Shown here in pieces: positions 21,502 to 32,075 of a DNA stretch of 64,000 bases. The stretch covers positions 2,912 to 66,911 of the forward strand of contig URIY01000001.1 in NCBI GenBank assembly GCA_900547995.1, written 5' to 3'. The notes under the pieces were generated by a model. That model did not search any database. It was not told the DNA's origin and worked only from the letters and a program-made list of their open reading frames with translations. This DNA is from an uncultured Mycoplasmatota bacterium. GTDB lineage: Bacteria; Bacillota_I; Bacilli_A; RF39; UBA660. Position 1 is the first letter of the stretch. Each line of letters opens with the position of its first letter. Position numbers and translations under genes: made by a program.

Positions 21502-22413
21502 TTATTTCACCTCTACTTTATAACCATCTTGCTTTAATAAATTGGCAATTCCATTATCACCAATAATATGTGCAAGCCCAACTGTGCAAAAAATATTTTT
21601 ATCCTGTGCAAAATATTCTTCTAATAATTTTGTCATCTTTTCATTTCGAACAGTAATTAAAGCATTATTATATATTTTATCATATTCATTCATTTCTTCA
21701 TCACTAAATAGTAAATTTTCTAAATCTTCTTTATTTCCTTTTTTATAAAGTTCATATAAATCTTTCATTTGATTTAAAGATGCATCATAATTATTGACAC
21801 TCTCTTCAAGTAAATATACTTGCATAGGAATATCAAAACTAGATAATATACCATATTGATAATTAGCTGATTCTAATTCAATTATTTCTTTTTTATCTTC
21901 TTTGGCTTTATTTAAAAAATACATATCAATTCCCTTTTGTTCATCTAAGTCTGAATTATTTATTACAGCATTTTCAACTAAACTCATCCAAATTATAGGT
22001 TTATATCGATCATATAGACTGCTGTATAAATCAGCATCTTCTAATATTACCTGTACTTTTTTATATAAATCATCAGATATATCATCTTTAATTGATTTAT
22101 TATTACTATACATAAATGGTAATATTCCACTTATTTGGCTTGACATATCATTCATATATTCAATTAAATCAAATTCAGTGGCAACATAATCACTATCTTG
22201 ATAAGCATTTATTATTTTATCAGATAATGGATACATTGTATCATCTGCGGCATGAATAGATCCAAATAAATATAGTTTACTATTATATCCATCTTTAGTT
22301 ACTTCAATTAATAAAGGTGTAGTGCTTTGTTCTTCTAATTCTTTTTTCTTTGAACAACCACTAAATATTAAACAAAAACAAAGTATAAGTAATAAATATT
22401 TAACTTTTTTCAT
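21502..22413 (-). CDS. TraB/GumN-family lipoprotein
   Basis: 303 aa. Signal peptide with lipobox (LIFSGCS), then ...LYLFGSIHAADD...TEFD... typical of TraB/GumN family. Confidence 0.5.
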   Translation of the reverse strand: MKKVKYLLLILCFCLIFSGCSKKKELEEQSTTPLLIEVTKDGYNSKLYLFGSIHAADDTMYPLSDKIINAYQDSDYVATEFDLIEYMNDMSSQISGILPFMYSNNKSIKDDISDDLYKKVQVILEDADLYSSLYDRYKPIIWMSLVENAVINNSDLDEQKGIDMYFLNKAKEDKKEIIELESANYQYGILSSFDIPMQVYLLEESVNNYDASLNQMKDLYELYKKGNKEDLENLLFSDEEMNEYDKIYNNALITVRNEKMTKLLEEYFAQDKNIFCTVGLAHIIGDNGIANLLKQDGYKVEVK

Positions 22414-22759
22414 ATTTGTCCTTCTTTCATAACGATTATATCAAAAAAAACAAAAAAATTATACCAAAAGTATAATCCTAGATGTTTTTCATCATTTTAT
22501 AACGAATTAAATATGTTATTATAGCGACAATATACATTGCATCAAATATTTTAAAATCTAGTACAGCACTACCTATTATTAGTAACAAAATTGTTGCAAA
22601 AGTGGCAATAACAATTTTGTTTGCATGCTTATCTAACATAAAAATCTCCTCTTCTTTTATTCTTTAACAACAATATAATTGTATCATAAAATCCTTAATA
22701 AACCTAATAAAAGCGAGCCTTATTTTTCGACATTTTACACAATTTTACAAAAAAAGAAA

Positions 22760-24325
22760 TTACTTTCTATTTTCAGCAATTTCTTTCAATTTTTCTTCTT
22801 TATCAATACGCATAAATATTGGTTCTGGATTACTTAATTTAATACCAAAATCCATACCTGTATAATCTTTTAATGTTTCATATCCATTATTGCTTGTATT
22901 TAATTGTTTAAATATTAAATTAGCAGTATCAGGTAAAAATGCTTGTAAAAGAACAGCACCATGTCTAATAGATTCTAATAGATTATAAATAACCGTTTTT
23001 AATCTATCTTTTTGTGTTTCATCTTTAGCAAGTACCCATGGCATTGTATCGTCTATATATTTATTACTTTTTCTAAATATTTCAAATAGTTCATCAATAG
23101 CATCTGCAATACGATAATTATTCATTTTTTCTTCTATTTTTTCTGGTGTACTTAAAACACAATTTCTTAATTCTCTATCAATATCAAGGATTTCACCTGG
23201 CTCTTCTACAACACCATCAAAGTATTTATGAGCCATACTTATTGTTCTATTAACTAAATTACCTAAAATGTTTGCTAAATCAGAATTAACTTTGTCAATT
23301 AAAAGATCATATGTAAATGTACCATCACTTGAAAAAGGTATTTCATGAAGCATATAATATCTAACAGCATCTACACCAAATATGCTAACCAAATCATCAG
23401 CATAAACAATATTTCCTTTTGATTTACTCATCTTATCATTACCAAATAATAACCATGGATGAGCAAATATTTTCTTAGGAAGCGGTAAATCTAAAGCCAT
23501 TAATATAATAGGCCAGTATATAGCATGAAAGCGTAATATATCTTTTCCTATTAAATGTACATCAGCAGGCCAATATTTTGAAAAATCCTTGTTATTAGAA
23601 ATTGGATCATAACCTAAGAAAGTAATATAGTTTGTAAGAGCATCTAGCCATACATATATAACATGTTTATTATCAAATGATACAGGGATACCCCAATCAA
23701 ATGATGTTCTTGATATACATAAATCTTGTAAACCTGGTTTAATAAAATTGTTGACTATTTCATTTTTTCTTGATTCAGGCTCTATAAAATCAGGATGTTC
23801 ATCCATGTATTTTACTAATCTATCAGCATAATTACTTAATTTTAAGAAATATGCCTCTTCGGATGATTTTACAACTTCACGACCACAATCAGGACAACAT
23901 CCATTTACTAGTTGTGATTCTGTCCAAAAAGATTCACATGGAATACAATATAATCCTTCATATGATCCTTTATAGATATCTCCCTGTTCATATAATTTAT
24001 TAAATATTTTTGATACTACCTCTTCATGTAAAGGATTAGTCGTTCTTACAAACTTATCATAACTTACATTCATTACATCCCAAATATGTCTTACTTCTAA
24101 AGCCACTTCATCAACATATTCTTGTGGTTGTAAACCCTTATCTATAGCCTTTTTTTGTATTTTTTCACCATGTTCATCTGTACCTGTTTGAAAATATACA
24201 TCATATCCTGTTAATCTTTTGTATCTTGCAATAGCGTCTGCTAAAACAATTTCATATGTATTTCCAATATGTGGTTTTGCTGACGCATATGCGATTGATG
24301 TTGAAATATAAAAATTCTTTTCCAT
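22760..24325 (-). CDS. metG: methionine--tRNA ligase (short form); start at MEKNFY with AGGAGG RBS
   Basis: Class I aaRS signatures (ASAKPHIGN for HIGH, KMSKS present) and zinc knuckle (CPDCGRE). The internal ATG at 24325 is preceded by AGGAGGAATAAA. Confidence 0.9.
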   Translation of the reverse strand: MEKNFYISTSIAYASAKPHIGNTYEIVLADAIARYKRLTGYDVYFQTGTDEHGEKIQKKAIDKGLQPQEYVDEVALEVRHIWDVMNVSYDKFVRTTNPLHEEVVSKIFNKLYEQGDIYKGSYEGLYCIPCESFWTESQLVNGCCPDCGREVVKSSEEAYFLKLSNYADRLVKYMDEHPDFIEPESRKNEIVNNFIKPGLQDLCISRTSFDWGIPVSFDNKHVIYVWLDALTNYITFLGYDPISNNKDFSKYWPADVHLIGKDILRFHAIYWPIILMALDLPLPKKIFAHPWLLFGNDKMSKSKGNIVYADDLVSIFGVDAVRYYMLHEIPFSSDGTFTYDLLIDKVNSDLANILGNLVNRTISMAHKYFDGVVEEPGEILDIDRELRNCVLSTPEKIEEKMNNYRIADAIDELFEIFRKSNKYIDDTMPWVLAKDETQKDRLKTVIYNLLESIRHGAVLLQAFLPDTANLIFKQLNTSNNGYETLKDYTGMDFGIKLSNPEPIFMRIDKEEKLKEIAENRK

Positions 24326-24335
24326 TTTATTCCTC

Positions 24336-24812
24336 CTAATTTGTACTACCAAAACCTGAAATTCTTTCATTGTTATTTAACTTATCATCTGATGTAAGTA
24401 AATACTTTGTAAAAATTCCTTGGATCGTTCTATCGCCTTTCTTAAAAGTAATTTCTTTATCGCCATGATTTTGAATACTATACCAAATATGTCCCTCATT
24501 ATCTTTATTGTTATAGTAGTCACTATCAATTATCCCTACTTGATTAGTAAGCCTAATGTTATATTTAAAACCTAAACTACTTCTTACATATAACTGTAAC
24601 ATTTCATCACTTTCCATTTTAGCCTTTATACCCGTTGGTATTTTTTTTATTTCACCTGGTTTAATAGTAAATTCCTCTATACATGTAAAATCATATCCAG
24701 CACTATTTTTAGTTGCACGGCTTGGTATATTATATGATTTATAAAGACTGATATCATCTTTTATATCTTTTTTAAATTGTTCATAACTTATCTTTTCAAA
24801 ATATCTATCCAT
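24336..24812 (-). CDS. dut: dUTP diphosphatase (dUTPase/dCTP-deaminase superfamily)
   Basis: 158 aa. Motif ...VRSSLGFKYNIRLTNQVGIIDSDY... matches dUTPase motifs 2 and 3. Confidence 0.6.
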   Translation of the reverse strand: MDRYFEKISYEQFKKDIKDDISLYKSYNIPSRATKNSAGYDFTCIEEFTIKPGEIKKIPTGIKAKMESDEMLQLYVRSSLGFKYNIRLTNQVGIIDSDYYNNKDNEGHIWYSIQNHGDKEITFKKGDRTIQGIFTKYLLTSDDKLNNNERISGFGSTN

Positions 24813-24825
24813 AATGCCTCCTAAA

Positions 24826-25070
24826 ACAAAAAAACATCCTCATATAAGGACGTTTAAAACGCGGTACCACCTTAATTTATAGTTTAAAACTATATCTCTT
24901 TCGTTTAACGCACTTTACCTTACGTTCTAACCTACATATCGATTAGACTACAATCCGAAACCATTTATTTTATGTCTTTATTATTTGCTTTCACCACGTG
25001 CAAATTCTCTTTGAATAAGATACATAAAACTCTTTTCTTCACTGTATTTATTAACCGTACTATACCATAA
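24826..25070 (-). ncRNA. T-box riboswitch leader upstream of dut-metG
   Basis: Minus strand contains the conserved T-box sequence AATTAAGGTGGTACCGCG (plus-strand coordinates 24860..24877). It is followed by a terminator hairpin AACGTCCT-TATATG-AGGATGTT + TTTTTTTG, then an AGGAGG RBS. Lies upstream of an operon ending in metG. Confidence 0.6.
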
Positions 25071-25079
25071 TTACTCTAA

Positions 25080-25613
25080 TTATTCAATATAATTTGCTAA
25101 AAAGGATGAAAAAGTGTCAATTATTTGTACATTTTCTTTAGTAATTTCTTCATCTAAAGAGAATATTATTAAAGCACCATATATATCTCCATTTTGTTTG
25201 ATTAAACTAATAACTTTATACATATCATCTTCTTTATTAGAAATTAATTCTGTCATTTCTTTTTGATTCTCACTATTAATATTTTTGCCATCATTTAATA
25301 TATTTTGTAAGTATTTACTTATATATTTATTTACATATTCTTTTTTATTATTACCACTGTATGATACAACACTATCACTGTCTATTATCATTGTATTTAG
25401 TTTAGTTACTTTATTTATAGAATTAGTTACATAATCAGCAACCTCATTTATATTTTTTAATGATGAAAATTTTTTTAAAATTATATTAGAATTTTCATCC
25501 ATATATATCTCAATATTTTCTCCTTCTCTTATTCTTAAATTTTTTCTAAGTTCTTTTGGTATAACAATTCTACCAAGTTCATCAATTCTTCTAACTACAC
25601 CAGTTGCTTTCAT
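25080..25613 (-). CDS. spoVT: stage V sporulation protein T (AbrB-type N-domain + GAF-like domain)
   Basis: MKATGVVRRIDELGRIVIPKELRKNLRIREGENIEIY... aligns closely with B. subtilis SpoVT (MKATGIVRRIDDLGRVVIPKEIRRTLRIREGDPLEIF), and the C-terminal ...GDIYGALIIFS... with GDPIGAVVIFS. Confidence 0.8.
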   Translation of the reverse strand: MKATGVVRRIDELGRIVIPKELRKNLRIREGENIEIYMDENSNIILKKFSSLKNINEVADYVTNSINKVTKLNTMIIDSDSVVSYSGNNKKEYVNKYISKYLQNILNDGKNINSENQKEMTELISNKEDDMYKVISLIKQNGDIYGALIIFSLDEEITKENVQIIDTFSSFLANYIE

Positions 25614-25723
25614 TATATTCCTCACTTTCTAATAAATATTTTGTTTTAAAATAATTAATTTATACTAAAATTTAACAATTTTTATGTTATAATAACTTTG
25701 TATTATTTTAAGGAGGAATTATT

Positions 25724-27343
25724 GTGGAAAAAACATATATTTTTGGTCATAAAAACCCTGATACTGATAGTGTTACTGCATCAATTGCTTTTTCATATTT
25801 AAAAAATCAATTAAAAGAAAATACAGTTCCTATGGTACTTGGTGAAATAAATAAAGAAACAAAATATGTTTTAGATTATTTTGGTGTTAAACAACCTGAA
25901 TTTTTAAATGATGTTAAATTACAAATAAAAGATATTAAATATAAAAAAGGTATTTATTTTGAAGAAAATGAGTCTATTTATAATACCTACTATTATATGA
26001 TGGATCAAAATTTAAGCACTATTCCTATTGTTGATAAAGATAAAAAAATGCTTGGTATCGTTTCTATGAAAGATATTGCTAAAAATCAACTTAGTAATAG
26101 TACAGATAAATTAAATACATCTTTTAACAATATTGTTGAAACACTAAATGGTAAAGAAATTTTAAAGTTTGATGATGAAATAAAAGGAAATATTAATGTT
26201 GCATTGCTTAGAAGTACAACATTTATTCAAAATATTAAATTGGATAATGATAGCATTTTAATTGTTGGTGATAGACATAGTATCATTGAATATGCTATCA
26301 ACTGTGGTGTTAAATTAATTATTATTACTAAAGATGGTGATATTAAGTCTTCTCATTTAGAAATTGCTAAAGAGAAAGGCATTAATGTTATTCAAACGAG
26401 ATTAGATACTTATAAAGTTGTTAAATTAATTAATCTTTGTAATTATGTAAAAACAATTACACTTACTAAAAATGTGTTCTGTTTTGATGAGAATGATACA
26501 GTTAATAACTTTATTGATTTTGCTAATAAAACAAAATATACAAACTATCCAATAATTAATAAACAAAATGAATGTTTAGGATTACTTAGACTTGCTGATT
26601 TAGCTGATAAAAATAAAAAGAAAGTTATATTAGTAGATCATAATTCTAAAGAACAAACTGTTGATGGTATTGATGAAGCGGAAATTTTAGAAATTGTAGA
26701 TCATCATAACATTGGATCTATTGGTACAACAAGTCCAATCTCATTTAGAAATATGCCTGTTGGTAGTACAAATACTATTCTTTATACAATATTTAAAGAA
26801 AATAATATTGATATTCCAAAAGATATTGCTGGATTAATGTTATCAGGAATTATATCTGATACCCTTATACTTATGTCTCCAACAACAACAAAATTAGATA
26901 AAGAGATTGTTAAAGATTTAGCTAAAATTGCTGGTGTAAATTATAGTGAATATGGAATGAATATGTTTAAAGCTGGATCATCTCTTGAAGGCATGAGTAA
27001 AACTGATGTTCTTTACAATGACTTTAAGAAATTTACAACAAATAGTGGAAAACTTGGTATTGGTCAAATATTTACTATGGATATTGATTGTATTAAAAAT
27101 GAACTTGATGAATATGTAAATATGTTAGATGAAGTTTGTAAAAATGAAGATTATAAAACAATTGCTTTATTTGTAACAGATATTATCAATAATGGATCAT
27201 ATGTTATATTTAACACAAGTAGTAAAGATCTTGTACAATCTGCATTTAACTTAAAAGATGGTAAAGAATGTTCATATATTGCTGGATGTGTATCTAGGAA
27301 GAAACAAATGTTACCAAATTTACTTAATGAATTAGAAAAATAA
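25724..27343 (+). CDS. manganese-dependent inorganic pyrophosphatase family protein with CBS-domain insertion (DHH-CBS-DHHA2)
   Basis: 539 aa. GTG start after AGGAGG. DHH motifs (GHKNPDTDS, DHH in VDHHNIGS), DHHA2 region; CBS-like region around residues ~80-140. Confidence 0.7.
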   Translation: MEKTYIFGHKNPDTDSVTASIAFSYLKNQLKENTVPMVLGEINKETKYVLDYFGVKQPEFLNDVKLQIKDIKYKKGIYFEENESIYNTYYYMMDQNLSTIPIVDKDKKMLGIVSMKDIAKNQLSNSTDKLNTSFNNIVETLNGKEILKFDDEIKGNINVALLRSTTFIQNIKLDNDSILIVGDRHSIIEYAINCGVKLIIITKDGDIKSSHLEIAKEKGINVIQTRLDTYKVVKLINLCNYVKTITLTKNVFCFDENDTVNNFIDFANKTKYTNYPIINKQNECLGLLRLADLADKNKKKVILVDHNSKEQTVDGIDEAEILEIVDHHNIGSIGTTSPISFRNMPVGSTNTILYTIFKENNIDIPKDIAGLMLSGIISDTLILMSPTTTKLDKEIVKDLAKIAGVNYSEYGMNMFKAGSSLEGMSKTDVLYNDFKKFTTNSGKLGIGQIFTMDIDCIKNELDEYVNMLDEVCKNEDYKTIALFVTDIINNGSYVIFNTSSKDLVQSAFNLKDGKECSYIAGCVSRKKQMLPNLLNELEK

Positions 27344-27359
27344 AACTGAGAAATTAATC

Positions 27360-30300
27360 TCAGTTTTTTGTTAAACTATTTTTAATTAATAGCATTAAAT
27401 CAACTAAATAGTATATAAAATGTTTATCTAAATTATTTAAATCCATAATTATGATTAAATTATTATCACTTACTTTAAAGCGAATATTTTTAGTAATCTT
27501 TTGGCTTTCCATAAATAAATTACTATAATTTAACATCATACTTATATCTTCAGGTAAGGTAATTTCAATAAATTTATTATTTTGTTTAATATTTTTAATT
27601 TCAAAGGCTTTTGATAATTTTTCAAACCATTCGCTAAACATATATATATTTAAACTTTCTGGTACTTTACCAAACCTATCTTCTAATTCTTGTTTTACTT
27701 TATTTAAAGTTTCATAAGAATCGATTGTATTAATTTTCTTATGTATTTCTATCTTTAATTCAGGGTCATTTACATAATCATCAGGTATATACGTTTCTAT
27801 ATCTAACAATGGTTGTTCATCCGTTGGAATATTTCTTTTAATTTCTTTACCTTTTAATTTATCTATTTCATCTTGGAGCATATTCATAAACATTTCAATA
27901 CCAACAGAAGCAACAAATCCTGCTTGTTGTGCACCTAGTATATCACCTGCTCCCCTTATTGACAAATCTCTCATAGCGATAGAAAGTCCACTACCAAGTT
28001 CTGTAAAGTCTTTAATAGCATTTAATCTTTTAGTTGCAACATCACTTAATATTTTAGATTTATTATACATTAAGTAACAGTATGCAATTTTATCACTACG
28101 GCCTACTCTTCCTCTTATTTGATATAATTGCGATAGTCCATATTTATCCGCATCATATATTATTAAAGTATTTACAGATGGTATGTCAATTCCAGTTTCA
28201 ATAATAGTTGTACATAACAATATATCATATTCTTTATTTAAGAATTTTATCATAACATTTTCAAGAATATCCTTATCCATCTGACCATGAATATATACTA
28301 TCCTTGCTTCTGGTACTAATTTTTGTATTTCAGCTTGTTTTCTATCCATTTCACTTACGTTATTATATAAAATAAATACTTGTCCGTTTCGTGACATCTC
28401 CTTATATATAGCGTCTTTTATAATTTGTGTATTTTCGGCTAAAACATAGGTTTGTATAGGAAATCTATTAACAGGAGGAGTTTCAATTAACGATAATCCT
28501 CTAATTCCTGATAAAGACATTTGTAATGTTCTTGGAATTGGTGTTGCAGATAAAGTTAAAACATCAATATTCTTTTTATATTCTTTAATTTTTTCCTTAT
28601 GCTTTACACCGAATCTTTGTTCCTCATCTATAACAAGCAAACCTAAATCTTTAAATTCAATATTTTTACCTAATATTTTATGTGTACCAATAAGTAGGTC
28701 TATTTTGCCTAATTTTAAATCATTGATTATCTCCTTTGTTTTAGTATAACTTACAAAACGATTTAAGAGAGCAATATTAACAGGAAATGATTTGAATCTT
28801 TCTAATGCATTTTTATAATGTTGGTCTGACAAAATAGTCGTTGGGCATAAAATAGCTGCTTGTTTATTAGAAAGAATAGCTTTAAATATGGCTCTAAATG
28901 CTACCTCTGTTTTACCAAAACCAACATCACCACATAATAATCGATCCATAGGAGCATCTTTTTCCATATCATTTTTAATGTCACGTACGGCTTTTAATTG
29001 ATCTGGCGTTTCTTCAAATGGAAATTCACTTTCAAATAAAATTTGATTTTCGTCATCTTTAGCAAATTTAAAACCTTTACTTGCTTCCCTTTGGGCATAA
29101 AGAGCAAGTAATTCATGAGCCATCTCTTCAACCTTAGCCTTTACTTTTAATTTTGTTTTGCTCCAATCACTTGAACCTAATTTATTTAATTTAGGTACCA
29201 TAGCATCACTATTGGAATATTTGCTTATTATATCTATTTTTTCAACAGGTACATATAGTTTGTCACCATCACTATATTCTAATAAAATATAATCCTTTTT
29301 TAAGCCACCTTTTTCAAGCGATTTTATACCTAAGTATCTACCAATTCCATGCGATATGTGGACAATATAATCGCCTACTTCTAATTTTGATATATCACGT
29401 ATTTTAGTTCCAACTTTAAAGTTAGTTTTATATACATAATTATTATTTTTTCTATTAAATATTTCTTGTTCGGAAATAACAACATAGTTATTAAATTTAA
29501 AACCTTTATTAATTTTCTTTACAACTAGATTTACAACATTTGGATATAATTCATCTAATTTTGTAAAAACAAATTTAACATCTGGAATACTATCATTTAT
29601 TTTATTAAGTGTATATTTATTACTTGCACATATTGTAACAATATTATTGGATAAATATTTGTTTAATTCTTTTGATATATTATTTGGATTTGATGAATTT
29701 ATTTCTATATTTGAACAATTATATACATATGCATTATCTTCATCAATATCTGTAAAATTAATATAATTATTATTTATTAATTCATCTAAGTTAAACATAT
29801 GCTTAATTTGATTACCATCAAATTGAACATTATTATAACTTGTTATTTCTTCAAAGAGATTTCGATATGATAGAGTTATTTCTGTTAAATTATTATATAT
29901 AATAAAGGGATTATACATATATTCTAATAGATTGCATACGTTTGTGTATTTTGGTAAATTATATTGATTTTTATCTATTTCTTCATCAATTTGATAATTA
30001 ATTGGTAACAAAAACTCACTATTAGGATAAATAGTTATCTCATTTAATTTTTCAATTGTAAGTTGTGTATCAACATTAAATGTCTTTATAGAATCTATTT
30101 CATTATCCCAAAATTCAAATCTAATTGGATAAACATTACCATTTGGGAAAATATCTAATACATATCCTCTTACAGCATATTCACCTGTTTTATTAACAGT
30201 TGTTTCTCTTTTATAACCTAGTTTATCAAAAAGATTAATTAAATCTTTTATTTCTATAACATCAGATACTTTATATTTTAAAATATTTTGACTAAATATT

Positions 30301-30647
30301 TCTTTGGAAGGCAAAAATCTTAAATATCCCATTAAATTAGTTACAACAATACTATTTTGTTCTTTTAATAAATTATTTAATGTTTCTAACCTAGTATTTT
30401 GTAGTTCTGGAGAACTTGCTACAGCAACACTTGTTAAAAAGTCATCCATAGGAAACATGTATACTTTATTAGTATAATTTAAAAGAAATTGATACATCAT
30501 ATTGGCTTCATACAAAGAATTACACACTAAAAGAATAGATTCATTATTTTTAATAAATCTATTATATATGTACAAAGATTTTAGTTCTTCATTCAATCCT
30601 ACTTGATTTATATTTTTATAATCAAATTCATTAGATAAAAAATCCAT
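27360..30647 (-). CDS. mfd: transcription-repair coupling factor Mfd
   Basis: 1095 aa. Superfamily-2 helicase motifs (GDVGFGKTEVA, DEEQRFG), TRCF domain. Confidence 0.9.
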   Translation of the reverse strand: MDFLSNEFDYKNINQVGLNEELKSLYIYNRFIKNNESILLVCNSLYEANMMYQFLLNYTNKVYMFPMDDFLTSVAVASSPELQNTRLETLNNLLKEQNSIVVTNLMGYLRFLPSKEIFSQNILKYKVSDVIEIKDLINLFDKLGYKRETTVNKTGEYAVRGYVLDIFPNGNVYPIRFEFWDNEIDSIKTFNVDTQLTIEKLNEITIYPNSEFLLPINYQIDEEIDKNQYNLPKYTNVCNLLEYMYNPFIIYNNLTEITLSYRNLFEEITSYNNVQFDGNQIKHMFNLDELINNNYINFTDIDEDNAYVYNCSNIEINSSNPNNISKELNKYLSNNIVTICASNKYTLNKINDSIPDVKFVFTKLDELYPNVVNLVVKKINKGFKFNNYVVISEQEIFNRKNNNYVYKTNFKVGTKIRDISKLEVGDYIVHISHGIGRYLGIKSLEKGGLKKDYILLEYSDGDKLYVPVEKIDIISKYSNSDAMVPKLNKLGSSDWSKTKLKVKAKVEEMAHELLALYAQREASKGFKFAKDDENQILFESEFPFEETPDQLKAVRDIKNDMEKDAPMDRLLCGDVGFGKTEVAFRAIFKAILSNKQAAILCPTTILSDQHYKNALERFKSFPVNIALLNRFVSYTKTKEIINDLKLGKIDLLIGTHKILGKNIEFKDLGLLVIDEEQRFGVKHKEKIKEYKKNIDVLTLSATPIPRTLQMSLSGIRGLSLIETPPVNRFPIQTYVLAENTQIIKDAIYKEMSRNGQVFILYNNVSEMDRKQAEIQKLVPEARIVYIHGQMDKDILENVMIKFLNKEYDILLCTTIIETGIDIPSVNTLIIYDADKYGLSQLYQIRGRVGRSDKIAYCYLMYNKSKILSDVATKRLNAIKDFTELGSGLSIAMRDLSIRGAGDILGAQQAGFVASVGIEMFMNMLQDEIDKLKGKEIKRNIPTDEQPLLDIETYIPDDYVNDPELKIEIHKKINTIDSYETLNKVKQELEDRFGKVPESLNIYMFSEWFEKLSKAFEIKNIKQNNKFIEITLPEDISMMLNYSNLFMESQKITKNIRFKVSDNNLIIIMDLNNLDKHFIYYLVDLMLLIKNSLTKN

Positions 30648-30658
30648 ATTTTCTCCTT

Positions 30659-31216
30659 TTAGTTATATGTTGCCATTATTTCATCAAACTTTTTTGTCAA
30701 AAAATCGTCTATAATATTTCTAGTCGTTGGAAAGATACTGTTAATAATTTTTGTCTCATTACTGTCAAGATTACTTAATACATAATCCACTATATTTTTA
30801 CCTGTTTTATTTTGAATACCAATTCTTAAGCGTTTATATTCACTTGTATGCAAATGTAATTCAATATTTTTAAGTCCATTATGACCTCCTGAACTACCCT
30901 TTGGTCTAAGCCTAATCTTACCCGTATCAAGAGCAAGATCATCACTTATTATTAAGATATCATTTACATCTATATTATAATATCTAGCAAATGCAGCAAC
31001 TACTTCACCTGATAAATTCATATATTTAAGTGGTTTTAATAAAATTATTTTTTCATTATTTTTTCTAAATTCAAGATACATACCATTAAGCATTGTTTTA
31101 CTAAATTTTTCTCCAATATATTTGGCATAATCATCAATTACCATGAAGCCAATATTATGATGAGTATGTTCATATTCTTTACCTGGATTTCCAAGACCAA
31201 CTATCAATTTTGTCAT
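30659..31216 (-). CDS. pth: peptidyl-tRNA hydrolase
   Basis: 185 aa. MTKLIVGLGNPG...HNIGF and ...GGHNGLK motifs. Confidence 0.9.
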   Translation of the reverse strand: MTKLIVGLGNPGKEYEHTHHNIGFMVIDDYAKYIGEKFSKTMLNGMYLEFRKNNEKIILLKPLKYMNLSGEVVAAFARYYNIDVNDILIISDDLALDTGKIRLRPKGSSGGHNGLKNIELHLHTSEYKRLRIGIQNKTGKNIVDYVLSNLDSNETKIINSIFPTTRNIIDDFLTKKFDEIMATYN

Positions 31217-31218
31217 AA

Positions 31219-32064
31219 TTACCTCTCACTCTTCTTATGATATTCATTATATACATCACTTTTAGTCATTTTTCTTTCTTTAGCAACTAATTTTGTGGCT
31301 TCTTTTACATCAAATCCTTCTTTAATATATAAATTAACATGTTCAATAATTGAAAGATTATCATATGTTTTTTCTTCGTAATTGCCATCAATGACAATAA
31401 CAAACTCTCCCTTTGCATCTTTAACTTGTTCTCTGATATTTTCTAATGTATCACGATAAATCTCTTCAAACTTTTTACTTATTTCCCGGGAAATACAAAT
31501 TTTCCTATTTCCAAGGACATCATACATATCATCAAGTGTTTCTAGTAAACGATGTGGAGCCTCATAAAAAATTAATGTATATGGATAATTTTTTAAATCT
31601 TCCAACTCTTTTTTTCGTTTACTTGATTTATTACTTAAAAAACCAAAGAATAAAAATGGTTGGGGATTTAAACCCGAAGCAATTAATGCAGGAACAAATG
31701 CTGTTGTTCCTGGAAGAGCAACAACATTAAAATTATTATCAATGGCTGCCTTAGCCAATTTATATCCGGGATCACTAATTACAGGAGTTCCTCTATCACT
31801 TACTAAACCAACATTTTTACCTTCCTTTAAATAGTCTATTAATTTATTACTTGTTACATCTTCATTATAACTGTGACTTGACACTAATTTTTTACTAATT
31901 TCAAAATGTGATAATAACAAAGATGTTACTCTTGTATCTTCAGAAAAAATGACATCAACTTCCTTTAGAGTATTCAAACATCTTATACTAATATCATCTA
32001 AATTACCAATTGGTGTTGGTATTAAATATAATGTTGGACTATTATCATAACTTTTTTGTGACAT
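31219..32064 (-). CDS. rsmI: 16S rRNA (cytidine1402-2'-O)-methyltransferase RsmI (YabC)
   Basis: 281 aa tetrapyrrole-methylase fold (LYLIPTPIGNLDD..., SDRGTP...SDPG). Confidence 0.8.
   Translation of the reverse strand: MSQKSYDNSPTLYLIPTPIGNLDDISIRCLNTLKEVDVIFSEDTRVTSLLLSHFEISKKLVSSHSYNEDVTSNKLIDYLKEGKNVGLVSDRGTPVISDPGYKLAKAAIDNNFNVVALPGTTAFVPALIASGLNPQPFLFFGFLSNKSSKRKKELEDLKNYPYTLIFYEAPHRLLETLDDMYDVLGNRKICISREISKKFEEIYRDTLENIREQVKDAKGEFVIVIDGNYEEKTYDNLSIIEHVNLYIKEGFDVKEATKLVAKERKMTKSDVYNEYHKKSER
31481..31494. promoter_or_regulatory. Noc-binding site (NBS) ATTTCCCGGGAAAT, perfect 14-bp palindrome, inside rsmI
   Basis: Exact match to the B. subtilis NBS consensus 5'-ATTTCCCGGGAAAT-3'. A CCCGGG-centred palindrome is improbable by chance in a ~28% GC genome. 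Confidence 0.5.
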
Positions 32065-32075
32065 TTTAGCACTTC

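Noticed and set aside
22479-22640. Possible 53-aa small membrane protein on the minus strand (MLDKHANKIVIATFATILLLIIGSAVLDFKIF...)
   Set aside because: Short, with no clear RBS or conservation evidence; could be real but unsupported from sequence alone.
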